Source: Laetmonice hystrix
Taxonomy: Eukaryota
Assembly: GCA_965235115.1 (NCBI GenBank)
Contig: OZ249437.1
Coordinates: forward strand, 27,404,001-27,468,000
DNA: 64,000 bases
Direction of reading: 5' to 3'
Positions 52,201 through 62,719 of the stretch are shown in pieces. Position 1 is the stretch's first letter, and the number at the start of each line of letters is the position of its first letter. The notes under the pieces were generated by a model, which was given only the letters and a program-made list of their open reading frames with translations, was not told where the DNA came from and searched no databases. Both the position numbers and the translations under genes were made by a program.

Positions 52201-52792
52201 TGTGGACATGTTGTTGGTGATTTATAGGGAACTACTAGCGTTCCGTTTAACATTGTTTAAAACAATATGATATAGTTAAATGATAAAAGAATACAGACTG
52301 TGTCCGAATCGGTCCAGTCGTTAGTTCCTGTACCAAAACGTTCTGAAAGAGACCATAAGGGCCTGTAAAGAGAGTATTTTGTGCACGGCCAGCATTTTCA
52401 AGAATTATTGATTTGTGAGCAAGAAAACATGCGATAATGAAGATGCCATTTGAGCGATCATTGTTGATGGAGTCTTTAACAAGAAAAGTGTGGACTCATC
52501 ATATTATGCAGGAGTTATATGCGCGACCCACCCAGGTTTTATGTGTCGAGGGACAAATTAGTGGCTTCAGGATGGATTAATCTATCTTGGCGGTTATCCT
52601 TTAATGGGACTTAATCAAAGTTACTGTGTATGCGCATATACCAAGTCAGAATAGGGAAAGGTGCATTTATTTTAACGTTTAGGTGATGACGTCACAGCCT
52701 GTTCAGCAGTAATAGCAGATAGAATAGGTGTTTACAGTCTGTGTTGGACATTGTCCGTCCAGACATGGCCGGAGAGGACATAGCTTACTGTC

Positions 52793-53658
52793 TGGGCAGG
52801 GGGAGATAGCAAACTCTAGGCGGGGAGGAGATAGCTAACCCTGAGCGGGGAAGAGATAGCTAACCCTGGGCGGGGAGGAGATAGCTAACCCTGGGCGGGG
52901 AGGAGATAGCTAACCCTGAGCGGGGAGGAGATAGCTAACCCTGGGCGGGGAGGAGATAGCTAACCCTGGGCGGGGAGGAGATAGCTAACCCTGAGCGGGG
53001 AGGAGATGGGCGGGGAGGAGATAGCTAACCCAGAGCGGGGAGGAGATAGCTAACCCTGAGCGGGGAGGAGATAGCTAACCCTGGGTCGGGAGGAGATAAC
53101 TACCCTGGGCGGGGAGGAGATAGCTAACCCTGGGCGGGAAGGAGATAGCTAACCCTGAGCGGGGAGGAGATAGCTAACCCTGGGCGGGGAGGAGATAGCT
53201 AACCCTGGGTGGGGAGGAGATAGCTAACCCTGGTCGGGGAGGAGATGGGCGGGGAGGAGATAGCTAACCCTGAGCGGGGAGGAGATAGCTAACCCTGGGC
53301 GGGGAGGAGATAGCTAACCATGAGCGGGGAGGAGATAGCTAACCCTGGGCGGGGAGGAGATAGCTAACCATGAGCGGGGAGGAGATAGCTAACCATGAGC
53401 GGGGAGGAGATAGCTAACCCTGGGCGGGGAGGAGATAGCTAACCCTGGGTGGGGAGGAGATAGCTAACCCTGGGCGGGGAGGAGATGGGCGGGGAGGAGA
53501 TAGCTAACCCAGAGCGGGGAGGAGATAGCTAACCATGAGCGGGGAGGAGATGGGCGGGGAGGAGATAGCTAACCCAGAGCGGGGAGGAGATAGCTAACCC
53601 TGAGCGGGGAGGAGATGGGCGGGGAGGAGATAGCTAACCATGAGCGGGGAGGAGATAG
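52793..53658. repeat. G-rich tandem array, 25-bp unit (GGGCGGGGAGGAGATAGCTAACCCT), ~34 copies with higher-order structure
   Basis: Directly visible; truncated 15-bp units occur at ~53007, 53246, 53486, 53551 and 53616. Confidence 0.97.
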
Positions 53659-54229
53659 TTGACTCGATGTGTCGGGAAGTAGGACCCGAGAGGCACATAA
53701 CGATGCGTTCAGTCTGGGCAGTGCTGTCCACCTGAGATTAACGCCACCCGAGTATTGGTGGTTTATCTCTGTCCCAGCACGTGAAGCCTAAATTGGCGAG
53801 CACCACAGGGACCACTAACCACTACAGACGGGAAAACGAACCATGGTAGAGACCAACAGAAATATATCCAATGTTTTCAGGCTCACTGCAATCATGTATC
53901 CACCTGGCCAGCTGGTGGAAACGTTAGTTTAAACTAAATGACCGTATCTTGTAATTGAGAAGAGAGAATTCTGTTGGTCTCTCCTTCGGGAAGAGAGTTT
54001 TCACTCAGCGTGCCTAGTGGTGGGCTGAGATAGATAAGTCGCCAGATTATTAGGTTAAGTTTAGGGTTAGTGAATAGTCTCATTTTGAAGAAGGAATTCT
54101 CCACCCATTGCGCCCGTCACTAGGCGCGTATGCCATTCTGGGGTATGCCCGCTAATATTTAATAGGGTTAACAGCATCTCGCCTGCATCCCATCACATGG
54201 CGTAAGAAGATTCTCACCACCTCATAAGA

Positions 54230-54900
54230 ACGACAACTCATTAGATAATGTTGATTGTTTATTGTATGAGCATGGCCAACGTTTCGGCCCTGCCAAGGGC
54301 TCTGTTCAGAGCTACGCAGCAGAGTTAGGCTCGGGTATATTAATTTTTTCAACAGCTGGAAATGTTTTTTGTTGTAGCAACTGTTGCGAGGCGGTTGATG
54401 ACAATAATGATTGTTCAGTTGTCAATTATAATAATCATTGGCCCAGCCGAAGCCTAGAGCCTGGGTGTGCGTAATATTTGTAATTATTTTTTTATCTATC
54501 AGGTTACAGGAGTAAGGGTTTCCAAAAATAAAAGTTAAAATTTCATAAAGGTTGGTCATGTGCCAATCAGTTCCCTTACGTACGAAAACTCCTGAACAGG
54601 AAAAGGATTCATTAGCGAGAAGAAAAATTAACGTCCTTGAAATTGCGTGGGAGTTTGGCATGGCAACCCTGAGTGAGGGAGGACACTGGGTGTGTTCCTG
54701 TATAGAATCCAGATGTCGTAATTGCTTCAGGACAACCGAGAAGTCTGTAAAGGTAGATCCTATTTACTGATGACCATAAATCAGGTACTGTCGCCAGGTT
54801 TCGCTCACAGTGAGCTGTTAAAGCTGATTTAGGGCTTGGCGGACCTAGCCTGGAACGTTGAGTAGACTTCAGTCAGAGAATCTATTACAAACCTGGGTAA
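54230..54900 (-). mobile_element. Penelope-like element relic: GIY-YIG endonuclease tail followed by a pLTR-type hammerhead and AATAAA
   Basis: Minus strand: NRIYLYRLLGC ~ NVIYxIxCxxC (~54750) and PNSHAISRTLIF..VRKGTDWHMTNL ~ H....RxxRExxWIxxL (ORF 54422..54661). The hammerhead-like fold follows, then AATAAA at ~54259-54264. Confidence 0.45.
54270..54317 (-). ncRNA. Minimal type-I hammerhead ribozyme-like motif, core mutated (probably inactive)
   Basis: Minus strand GCGUAGCU-CUGAACAGA-GCCCU(UGGC)AGGGC-CGAA-ACGU-U-GGCCAUGC. Stem I is 8 bp with one mismatch and two G-U pairs, stem II is 5 bp, GAAA is intact and stem III is the palindrome ACGU. The core reads CUGAACA instead of CUGANGA. Confidence 0.55.
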
Positions 54901-55517
54901 TGCTGTTAGCTGGGAGCAGTTCTAATAATATCTGGCGATGGGTGGGCATATAATATTGTAACTTTGTTTTGTCACTAATTGTAGGGATTACACGGAAATT
55001 GTTGTAAGTCCTTTGCGCTGCTCATTTCATTGCAACGTTATAGATGGGCGTAATTACGCTAGTAATATTGAGCATCGGGTACAGGACAAAACATTTGATC
55101 AGGAATTGTATGTGCTAGATTTATTAGATTCTTTTGGCATTGAGATCTAATTTCATGGCGAACACGTTTAATTAACTAAGATACCTGCGATATTGCTTTG
55201 TAGTATAAATAAGTATCTGATATTCTTCCATTTTTACCTGGAGGCACCTACGGCATTACTGGCTTCTCAATGGTTCTATAATCTAGGGCTCCAGTCCCTC
55301 TGCCTTCAGAACACAAGTTTGTTAGTTGCTGCGCCGGTAATTTTTACGGATACTCTGGTACAAAATTACTATCTAACATACATAGAGTACCGAATATAGA
55401 ACACACAATTACAGTAAAGGTAAGAGATGACGTTGTATCGAAAATGTTTTAAAACGTAACAGTACTTATGAAACCTGCGGCAACAAACGGCAGTGAATAT
55501 TAGCAGTACATGACAGT

Positions 55518-56466
55518 GGCTGTTGTTAGCAGTATAAATAATGACGACTACGAGCAGGACAGGATATGATGATGGCTGTTGTTAGCAGTATAAATAATGA
55601 CGACTACTAGCAGGACAGGATATGATGATGGCTGTTGTTAGCAGTATAAATAATGACGACTACGAGCAGGACAATATATGATGGTGGCTGTTGTTAGCAG
55701 TATAAATAATGACGACTACTAGCAGGACAAGATATGATGATGGCTGTTGTTAGCAGTATAAATAATGACGACTACTAGCAGGACAAGATATGATGATGGC
55801 TGTTGTTAGCAGTATAAATAATGACGACTACTAGCAGGACAGGATATGATGATGGCTGTTGCTAGCAGTATAAATAATGACGACTACGAGCAGGACAAGA
55901 TATGATGATGGCTGTTGTTAGCAGTATAAATAATGACGACTACTAGCGGGACAGGATATGATGATGGCTGTTGTTAGCAGTATAAATAATGACGACTCCT
56001 AGCAGGACAGGATATGATGATGGCTGTTGTTAGCAGTATAAATAATGACGACTACTAGCAGGACAGGATATGATGATGGCTGTTGTTAGTATAAATAATG
56101 ACGACTACGAGCAGGACAAGATATGATGATGGCTGGTGTTAGCAGTATAAATAATGACGACTACTAGCAGGACAGGATATGATGATGGCTGTTGTTAGCA
56201 GTATAAATAATGACGACTACTAGCAGGACAGGATATGATGATGGCTGTTGTTAGTATAAATAATGACGACTACGAGCAGGACAAGCTATGATGATGGCTG
56301 TTGTTAGCAGTATAAATAATGACGACTACGAGCAGGACAAGATATGATGATGGCTGGTGTTAGCAGTATAAATAATGACGACTACGAGCAGGACAAGCTA
56401 TGATGATGGCTGTTGTTAGCAGTATAAATAATGACGACTACGAGCAGGACAAGATATGATGATGGC
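55518..56466. repeat. Tandem array, 56-bp unit, ~17 copies
   Basis: GGCTGTTGTTAGCAGTATAAATAATGACGACTAC recurs at 55518, 55574 and onward. Confidence 0.97.
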
Positions 56467-56499
56467 TATTATCAGAACTTAATGATGTATGTCGGTGCC

Positions 56500-59200
56500 A
56501 GACCTGCCATTGTTATTCCCCCAGGGCCCCCTGACATACCCCTAGAGATGACCCAGCCCACCCCACTCCTGGCCCCACATGCGCCGCCCATCTGCTATCT
56601 CTGTTCGCCACTCGGGGCCTAATGGCACAGAGACACGTTTCCAGACAACTACAGTCCAATTCAGTCGGCTTTACTCCACTAGAATGTGGCCTCGACATGC
56701 AAGTGGCGGAAAGTTTGCCTCTCGGATGGTGCCAGTGTACGGGGAGGGGGTAGAGTGTAACTGTGGCCACAGGGCGCTGAATGTGATGATGTTGAGGATG
56801 TTTGGCTGATCCCGGAGGTTGGCTGTCTGGTCTGTATAATTGATATACTTCCCTTGAAAATGTCACATAGAAATATGACCACATGGCTGTAATAGGCAAT
56901 ATGGCTGTAATATGGAAGCAGTTCAGGAGCATAGAAACCCAGCTCATATGTGATTAGTTTGATTTTGGATTGGAATAATGAGGACTTCCGTGTTCAAGTG
57001 GTAAAATCATGTATCAATTCCTGTACATTAAATCTTCTTCAAGCATGACATTGAAAGGTAACCCCAGTAAATAAATTTAGAATAGAATCCGGCCGCTCGC
57101 ACAAGTTGTGCAGGTGCTGGATATGACACAAGGTGGCTGAAATATAAAGTGACAATGACACCCATGCTTTGATTGTCCTTGTGATACTGGCAAAGAGTTC
57201 GGCGTTTCTTGCCACAAGACACAAGGTATACCTGATCAGAACGAGTTGGCCTGACGCGGTCACAACATAACTATCCCTTTATATTATAAAGGGATAGCTC
57301 GCTCACCAAGACCAGTCTGATTGCTGCAGCCTGACGTCCTGATAGCATTGAGGTCCACAGGGACGAGCCCTTTAAATGTGGTCTTAATTTCACCATTGCG
57401 AGGCCCATCAGAGGGCTCCAGTGGCGACCTCTGAGGGGATGCACGACAATAAAGGCTCCCAGTGAGCGGAGGTCGACAGAAGGTCCTCAAAGTGCGCTAG
57501 CGCCAGTGCTGTCTTTGTGACGACGAGTCATGTTACCCGAGTCTACCGGCATGCACCAAAGGCGCCCGGTATCGTAATACCCAGAGCAGATATCGAAATG
57601 AGCTCTGATGTTACGTTCTGGAGAGTTTCACAGTCCAAGGCTGGGATGCGTCTTCATGGAAGCTATCAGTGTTTCCTATACTCTCCAATTTCAGTTGCTT
57701 TCGAAGAGTTTCTTTTTAATAAAAGAAGATGTCTAGAAAGCTTTGAGCAATGGAACTTTACCACTATAAGTTCTCATGAGAGGGAAGTGGGTGCCAAGGA
57801 CGATTGGTTGAGGTGACCTTATATAATACAAAGGTCAGTCCAATAAGTGGGGTTCATGTCTTCTGTCTGACTGGCCACATCCTGGCCACTCTTTGTAGAG
57901 GACAGCTCTGTAGGGAAACAGGTGAGGGAGGACTCTGTCTCTGGCCCCGAACTGGACCTCCCAGGAGGTCAACGAGTCAAAGGTTACAGGTCAGTCGCTC
58001 CCCGGTGTCTCTGACCTTGGGACCGTTGGTGTCGAATCGAAGGTTCAAGACGGCCGCCTGTGTGACGAGAGACCACTCACGACAGGACCAGTGTTCTCAG
58101 AGATGTTATAGTACTGATAGCCAAGGGATCATGGGGGCCCATTGTTTCCGAGGTCCTCTGGGAAATGGGGAGGATTGAAAAATGAAAGGGGGGGGGTAAA
58201 GATTGAGAGGGATCATTCAACATAGCTGGTATCGAAAAGGGCGTGTTATGCTTCTCACCCCACATATAAAATCATACTGTTATTTTACAGATTATGTTTT
58301 AGGTTAGAGTCTTCAAAAACCTTATATCTCCTAACTGTTCACTTTAGTTTATGCCTTTATACACTCAGGGTATTTTCCGACAATTTCGAAGATCTAACCC
58401 ATTTTCAGAATCGGGGATGAATATTGCACAGCGTATCCTTTAAACTGATCATAGAAGAGGAAGTCGCTCGGAAAATCGTCCTGTCACTAGATTGGTCATC
58501 TCGGACCGCCTGAGCGTCACGACTACTACCCAAGTACGGGCTGGCGTGGTGCTGAATCTGTGAGACATTCTTGTCCGGTTCGATCACTTACAAATATCAG
58601 TCTTCAACAGTGATCCCATCGGAAGATTTTCTCCATCACAAAAGTAAAGTAATTTTTTGCCGGACCTAACTGTATGGAGAAAACTCATGCTGCTGGATCA
58701 CCGGTTGTACAGGGTCTATCTGTAATATTTCTTCTCCATGATGAGAGCAACTCGTTGTTTCGTGTATGCCGGTTGCCTCCGAATGTTGAGATCTCTGGGA
58801 GGGAGAGCGGCCCTGTTTGTGTATAATATGATCAGTGAGCAGTCACAATTGGATTTGTTCATTGGATAGATTCCATGGTCAGATTGTGAGACTGGTCGCT
58901 GAGCCGGTCAGAGCGGGGTCTGTGAATGCGGGCAGGTGTTGGACAATCTGGCTACCAAGTGTCGTGTCAGCTCTTAAGGAGGAGATCTCCTGGAAGCAGT
59001 ATTGTTGGAGCCTTGATTAGATTCGGGTTCGCTGCCACAGTGCCTTGAGTGGAATGCAGCCATGAAGCAGCAGTGGGGAGCAGAATTTATCACAATACGG
59101 CCAGTAGACGGGAGTTAGTTGTTCATGTGTGTAACAAGAAACAGTCCGTGATCAGTAAACTGGCTACAGTGTCGACTTCTCGGCATTGTTGTCGGAGAAA
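56500..59200 (-). mobile_element. Degenerate CR1-like LINE ORF2
   Basis: Minus strand: SPQRSPLEP ~ VPQGSVLGP (~57430), LVPVD ~ LFADD (~57360), QLVRAAGF ~ LExVQRRAARF (~57095). The upstream boundary is poorly defined. Confidence 0.4.
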
Positions 59201-59265
59201 TATGATAGTTTCTTCATGGGAAGAAGTCGATGTAAATACATACTCAACGTCAAATTACTGAAAGA

Positions 59266-59481
59266 ATCAGTGGGCTGTATATTAAGTTTTTGAATATCGA
59301 TGTTTCTATATTTGTATACTGTATCTCACAGTGACTTGATCAGTGGGCTGTATTTAAGTTTTTGAATATCGATGTTTCTACATTTGTATACTGTATCTCA
59401 CAGTTACTTGATCAGTGGGCTGTATTTAAGTTTGTGAATATCGATGTTTCTACATTTGTATACTGAATCTAACAGTGACTT
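59266..59481. repeat. Tandem array, 72-73-bp unit, 3 copies
   Basis: ATCAGTGGGCTGTA at 59266, 59339 and 59411. Confidence 0.95.
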
Positions 59482-61079
59482 GCGCGACATTTAGAGTGAG
59501 AATAATTGTGTGATGGCGCTGAAGATAGAGAGTGGCTGGAGAGACAGGGCCTCTGGCTGGCTTATTGTGCCACTAACAAATCCAACGGAAGATGGTTATA
59601 AAAATAGAAACCCCCTTTCATGACTGCTCCCAGCAGACGACAGTGTCCTCCACGGATGTCCTGAAAGGAGTTTTCCGTTACACTGACAGGCAGGGTTTGA
59701 CCCTGCGGGCATTTCAACAAAAGAACGTTCTGGGAAGTTCTATCATCCTGAATAAATCAGGCATCTTGAATGATATGTTAGAGAGAAAGGTATCAGCTTC
59801 TAACAAGTCTACGTATACATTATTCTGATAGATTAGTAACAAGATTACACTAAATCGGTACGGGGGTGCTATCTAAAATTATATATGTATAGTTGGCATG
59901 GTATATATGTTTTTCAGGTCAATTGTCAACTAATTTACACCAATCATCAATATACTAGGCAGTTCAAATGTCCAAACAGGTAACTCAGTATCCAATTAGC
60001 TAAAGCTAAATGTTCAAATAGCTAATTAAATGTCCAATTAGCTAGCTGAAATGTCCACTAGGGAAATCAAATGTTACATAGTGATATCAGATACAGATAA
60101 TAAGGCACAAAACAAAGCTCTTAATTAAACTAGTTAAAGGATTTATGTCAAGCTGGTTGAGCGTTCCGGGAGGCCAGTTCGGCCTGGTTTCACGCTTACC
60201 TCGTCAAAATTTATGCACCTTCTGTCCCGAGGATACTTCCTAGGTTTAATATATGTATGTATTGTATAAAACAGACAGCAGCGAAATGTACTGTCACCTT
60301 CACATTCCACATTTCTTGCCGGGAACACTCAAAAACAACGCTGCTTTCCGCCATCAGTGAAAAGGGTGTAAAGTCGCCCGGCTAAAACTCTATCGCGTAG
60401 GTGGGCAGCAGGTCTAGGAAAAGGCGCGCATCATTCCAAATTTTCTAAAATATTTTTAAAAGATATTTACAAAATCCAATCAGGCAAGTAGGCAGTGCTA
60501 TGGAACATAATTACCAGACTATATACAAGCAGTATTTTCGCCAGTTTGTAAAATGTATATGAAATAATTGACATAAACCCTTTAAAGAATATTGTTTGTC
60601 TTCATTTCAATCTATTTCTGAAATAAAATGTTTCTTTTTTCCACTTTCTCGTGTTTCTGGAATGTCCACAAGGGAAATCAAATGTTAAATAGTAATTCCA
60701 ATTGTCACGGGTCGTTGAAATGCTTAGGATTTGATGACGAGAACCCTGGCCACTTCAAGATAGTCCACTCCCTGCTCGTAGGCATGATATAGGCGCTGTT
60801 TATCAGCATCGGAAATCCTCTGGTAAGGCATGTCTGCTTGTGTTTGTTGCCAAGAGGCATAGGAATTCCCTCTGCCACATTTGATCCGGTGGTCACAGGA
60901 TTACGTAACAATTTCTATTCTGTGGATATTTGACTTCAGTAATGAGAATTGGTAGACCTATTATGATATTGAATTTGTCCAGGTGGACATTTGTTCTGTC
61001 TTTTTTCATTGATTGGACATTTGATTTGCCTTTGGATTACCAAATATTACATTTGATTTGGAAAACCTATATACTGAAT

Positions 61080-61302
61080 GGCAATGAAAACGCATAGGCT
61101 GAAAATATAGCTCAAACATTTATTTAAAAGGAACAGTCACATTTGATATTTGACAAGAAACCAGACGTGTGATCTTGGCTTGGGGTAATAGACTACTCAG
61201 AAAACACAGAAAACAACATTCCTGTTCTTAACCAAAACACTTTGCACACTGCTACTTGTGATGAAAATGTCTATAAATTTGGACGTATGCGTTTTCATTG
61301 CC
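61080..61302. mobile_element. Possible MITE, 223 bp, perfect 17-bp inverted termini
   Basis: GGCAATGAAAACGCATA (61080-61096) and TATGCGTTTTCATTGCC (61286-61302). No TSD evident. Confidence 0.6.
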
Positions 61303-61699
61303 TTTTAGTATATTTTACCCCAGCCTGGGGTAAAACAAAGGGTAAGAACAATGGGCGGCGGTCCTGCAGCTGAAACGATGGGTCGGTACAGGTGGCCCTT
61401 CTGTGGGCGTATCCTTGGTTGCAAACCATGATTGAAAACGCCAGGCAGGAAATGTCTGTGTGCAGACAATATAGCACGAGTTAGAAAGATTTCTCAATAT
61501 AAGAGAGAATTTTTTTGTTATCAGGCTGTATTGTGTACCTGGGGGGGGGGGGGGGGGGGGAGGCCCGACTAGCTTTCTAAAAGTTTTTTCTCAGGCGGAC
61601 ACAGAAAGAGAAATCCAGCCGATATTCAGGCAATATCTAAAGTTGGCCTCCCAGAAGTGAATGTAATGCATCGAACAGTGGCCTGAGTCCAGCGGGATT

Positions 61700-62090
61700 G
61701 GTCAAGTTATAAAAACGGCCAGGTTGAAGAGGCCCGGCAAGGATGCAGTTTTTATTGAACGCAATAAGGAGCACTGAGACCGGATGTGCCGTTTGGTATG
61801 TGGGAGGGCGACACGTGGTGAACGTTTTAGGAACTTCAAGGGATGTTTCTTCATGGTCGAATGCGGTGCCGACGACAGGTGTAGTATTGAGTGTTCACCA
61901 CATACAAATGAAAGGATCTCCACCTGCTAATGGCAGGTTAGGGCAGGGTTGCACTCTCTGGGTTGTATGCTGGAGGGGGCAGGCATCCTGTTTCCAGATC
62001 AATGCCATTAGTGATATTCTTCTTAGTGTAATCCAGCTCAGGACCATTCTCTCAAGATGGTCTACCGGTTTCCTCTGTATCGAATTATGT
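61700..62090 (-). mobile_element. Rex1/Babar-like LINE RT fragment
   Basis: HLERMVLSWI ~ KxFERLVL and HLSSAPHSTM ~ DFSSAFNTI, the latter typical of Rex1/Babar RTs. Confidence 0.45.
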
Positions 62091-62145
62091 GGACAATGAA
62101 AAATATACAAGTTTATATTATGTGGACAATGAAAAATATATATTA

Positions 62146-62700
62146 GCCATGGTGAGAGATATGAGAGAGGGATAATAGAGATGACCAGAGAGGTAGGCCC
62201 CTGTATGAGGCCCACGATGATGATGATGAAAGCCAGTTTTTCTTGGTGGAGGAAACCGGAGTACCCGGAGGAAACCACCGGTATTCGGAAAGGAACGGAC
62301 TGAAAAAACCTTTCACACTGGCCGCGGATCGAACCCTGACCGCAGTGGTGTGAGGTGATGGTCCGAGGTGTCATGAACCAACACCTTAGACCACTCGGCC
62401 ATCCGAGGCCCCCGGTCCCTGTGTGAGGTCCACGTGTAGGTCACATCAAGATAGGTTTGATGAGGCCATGGTGAGAGATATGGAAAAAGGATGATGGAGA
62501 TGACCAGAGAGGTAGGCCCCTCTATGAGGTCCACGTGTAGGTCCCTGTATGAGTGAGGTCCACGTGTAGGTCACATCAAGATGGGTTTGATGAGGTCATG
62601 GTGAGAGATATGGAAGAGGGCTGATGGAGATGACCAGTGAGGTAGGTCCCAGTATGAGGTCCACGTGTAGGTCACACCAAGATGGGTTTGATGAGGTCGC
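62146..62700. repeat. Tandem array, ~100-bp unit, ~3 copies, first copy interrupted by a SINE
   Basis: CATGGTGAGAGATATG...GAGGTCCACGTGTAGGTCACATCAAGATGGGTTTGATGAGG recurs. Confidence 0.85.
62216..62413 (-). mobile_element. tRNA-derived SINE of the V-SINE superfamily (RUDI-like), with (CAT)n tail
   Basis: Minus strand: A box TGGCCGAGTGG, B box GGTTCGATCC, V-domain core GGTTTCCTCCGGGTACTCCGGTTTCCTCCAC (62246-62276) and tail CATCATCATCAT. Confidence 0.85.
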
Positions 62701-62719
62701 TGAGTGAGGGCAGGCGCCG

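Noticed and set aside
54795-54825. Second hammerhead-like motif (GCTCA-CTG-TGAGC-GAAA on minus)
   Set aside because: The core is UUUAACA (three mismatches to CUGANGA) and there is no convincing stem I or III.
6092-56466. Regularly repeated 23-72-bp units as possible CRISPR arrays
   Set aside because: Units are contiguous with no unique spacers, there are no cas genes, and the context is eukaryotic.
4558-61561. Long G/C homopolymers (~4558-4582, ~10355-10395, ~18800-18865, ~40259-40278, ~61541-61560)
   Set aside because: Ordinary simple repeats with error-prone lengths; no specific function is inferable.
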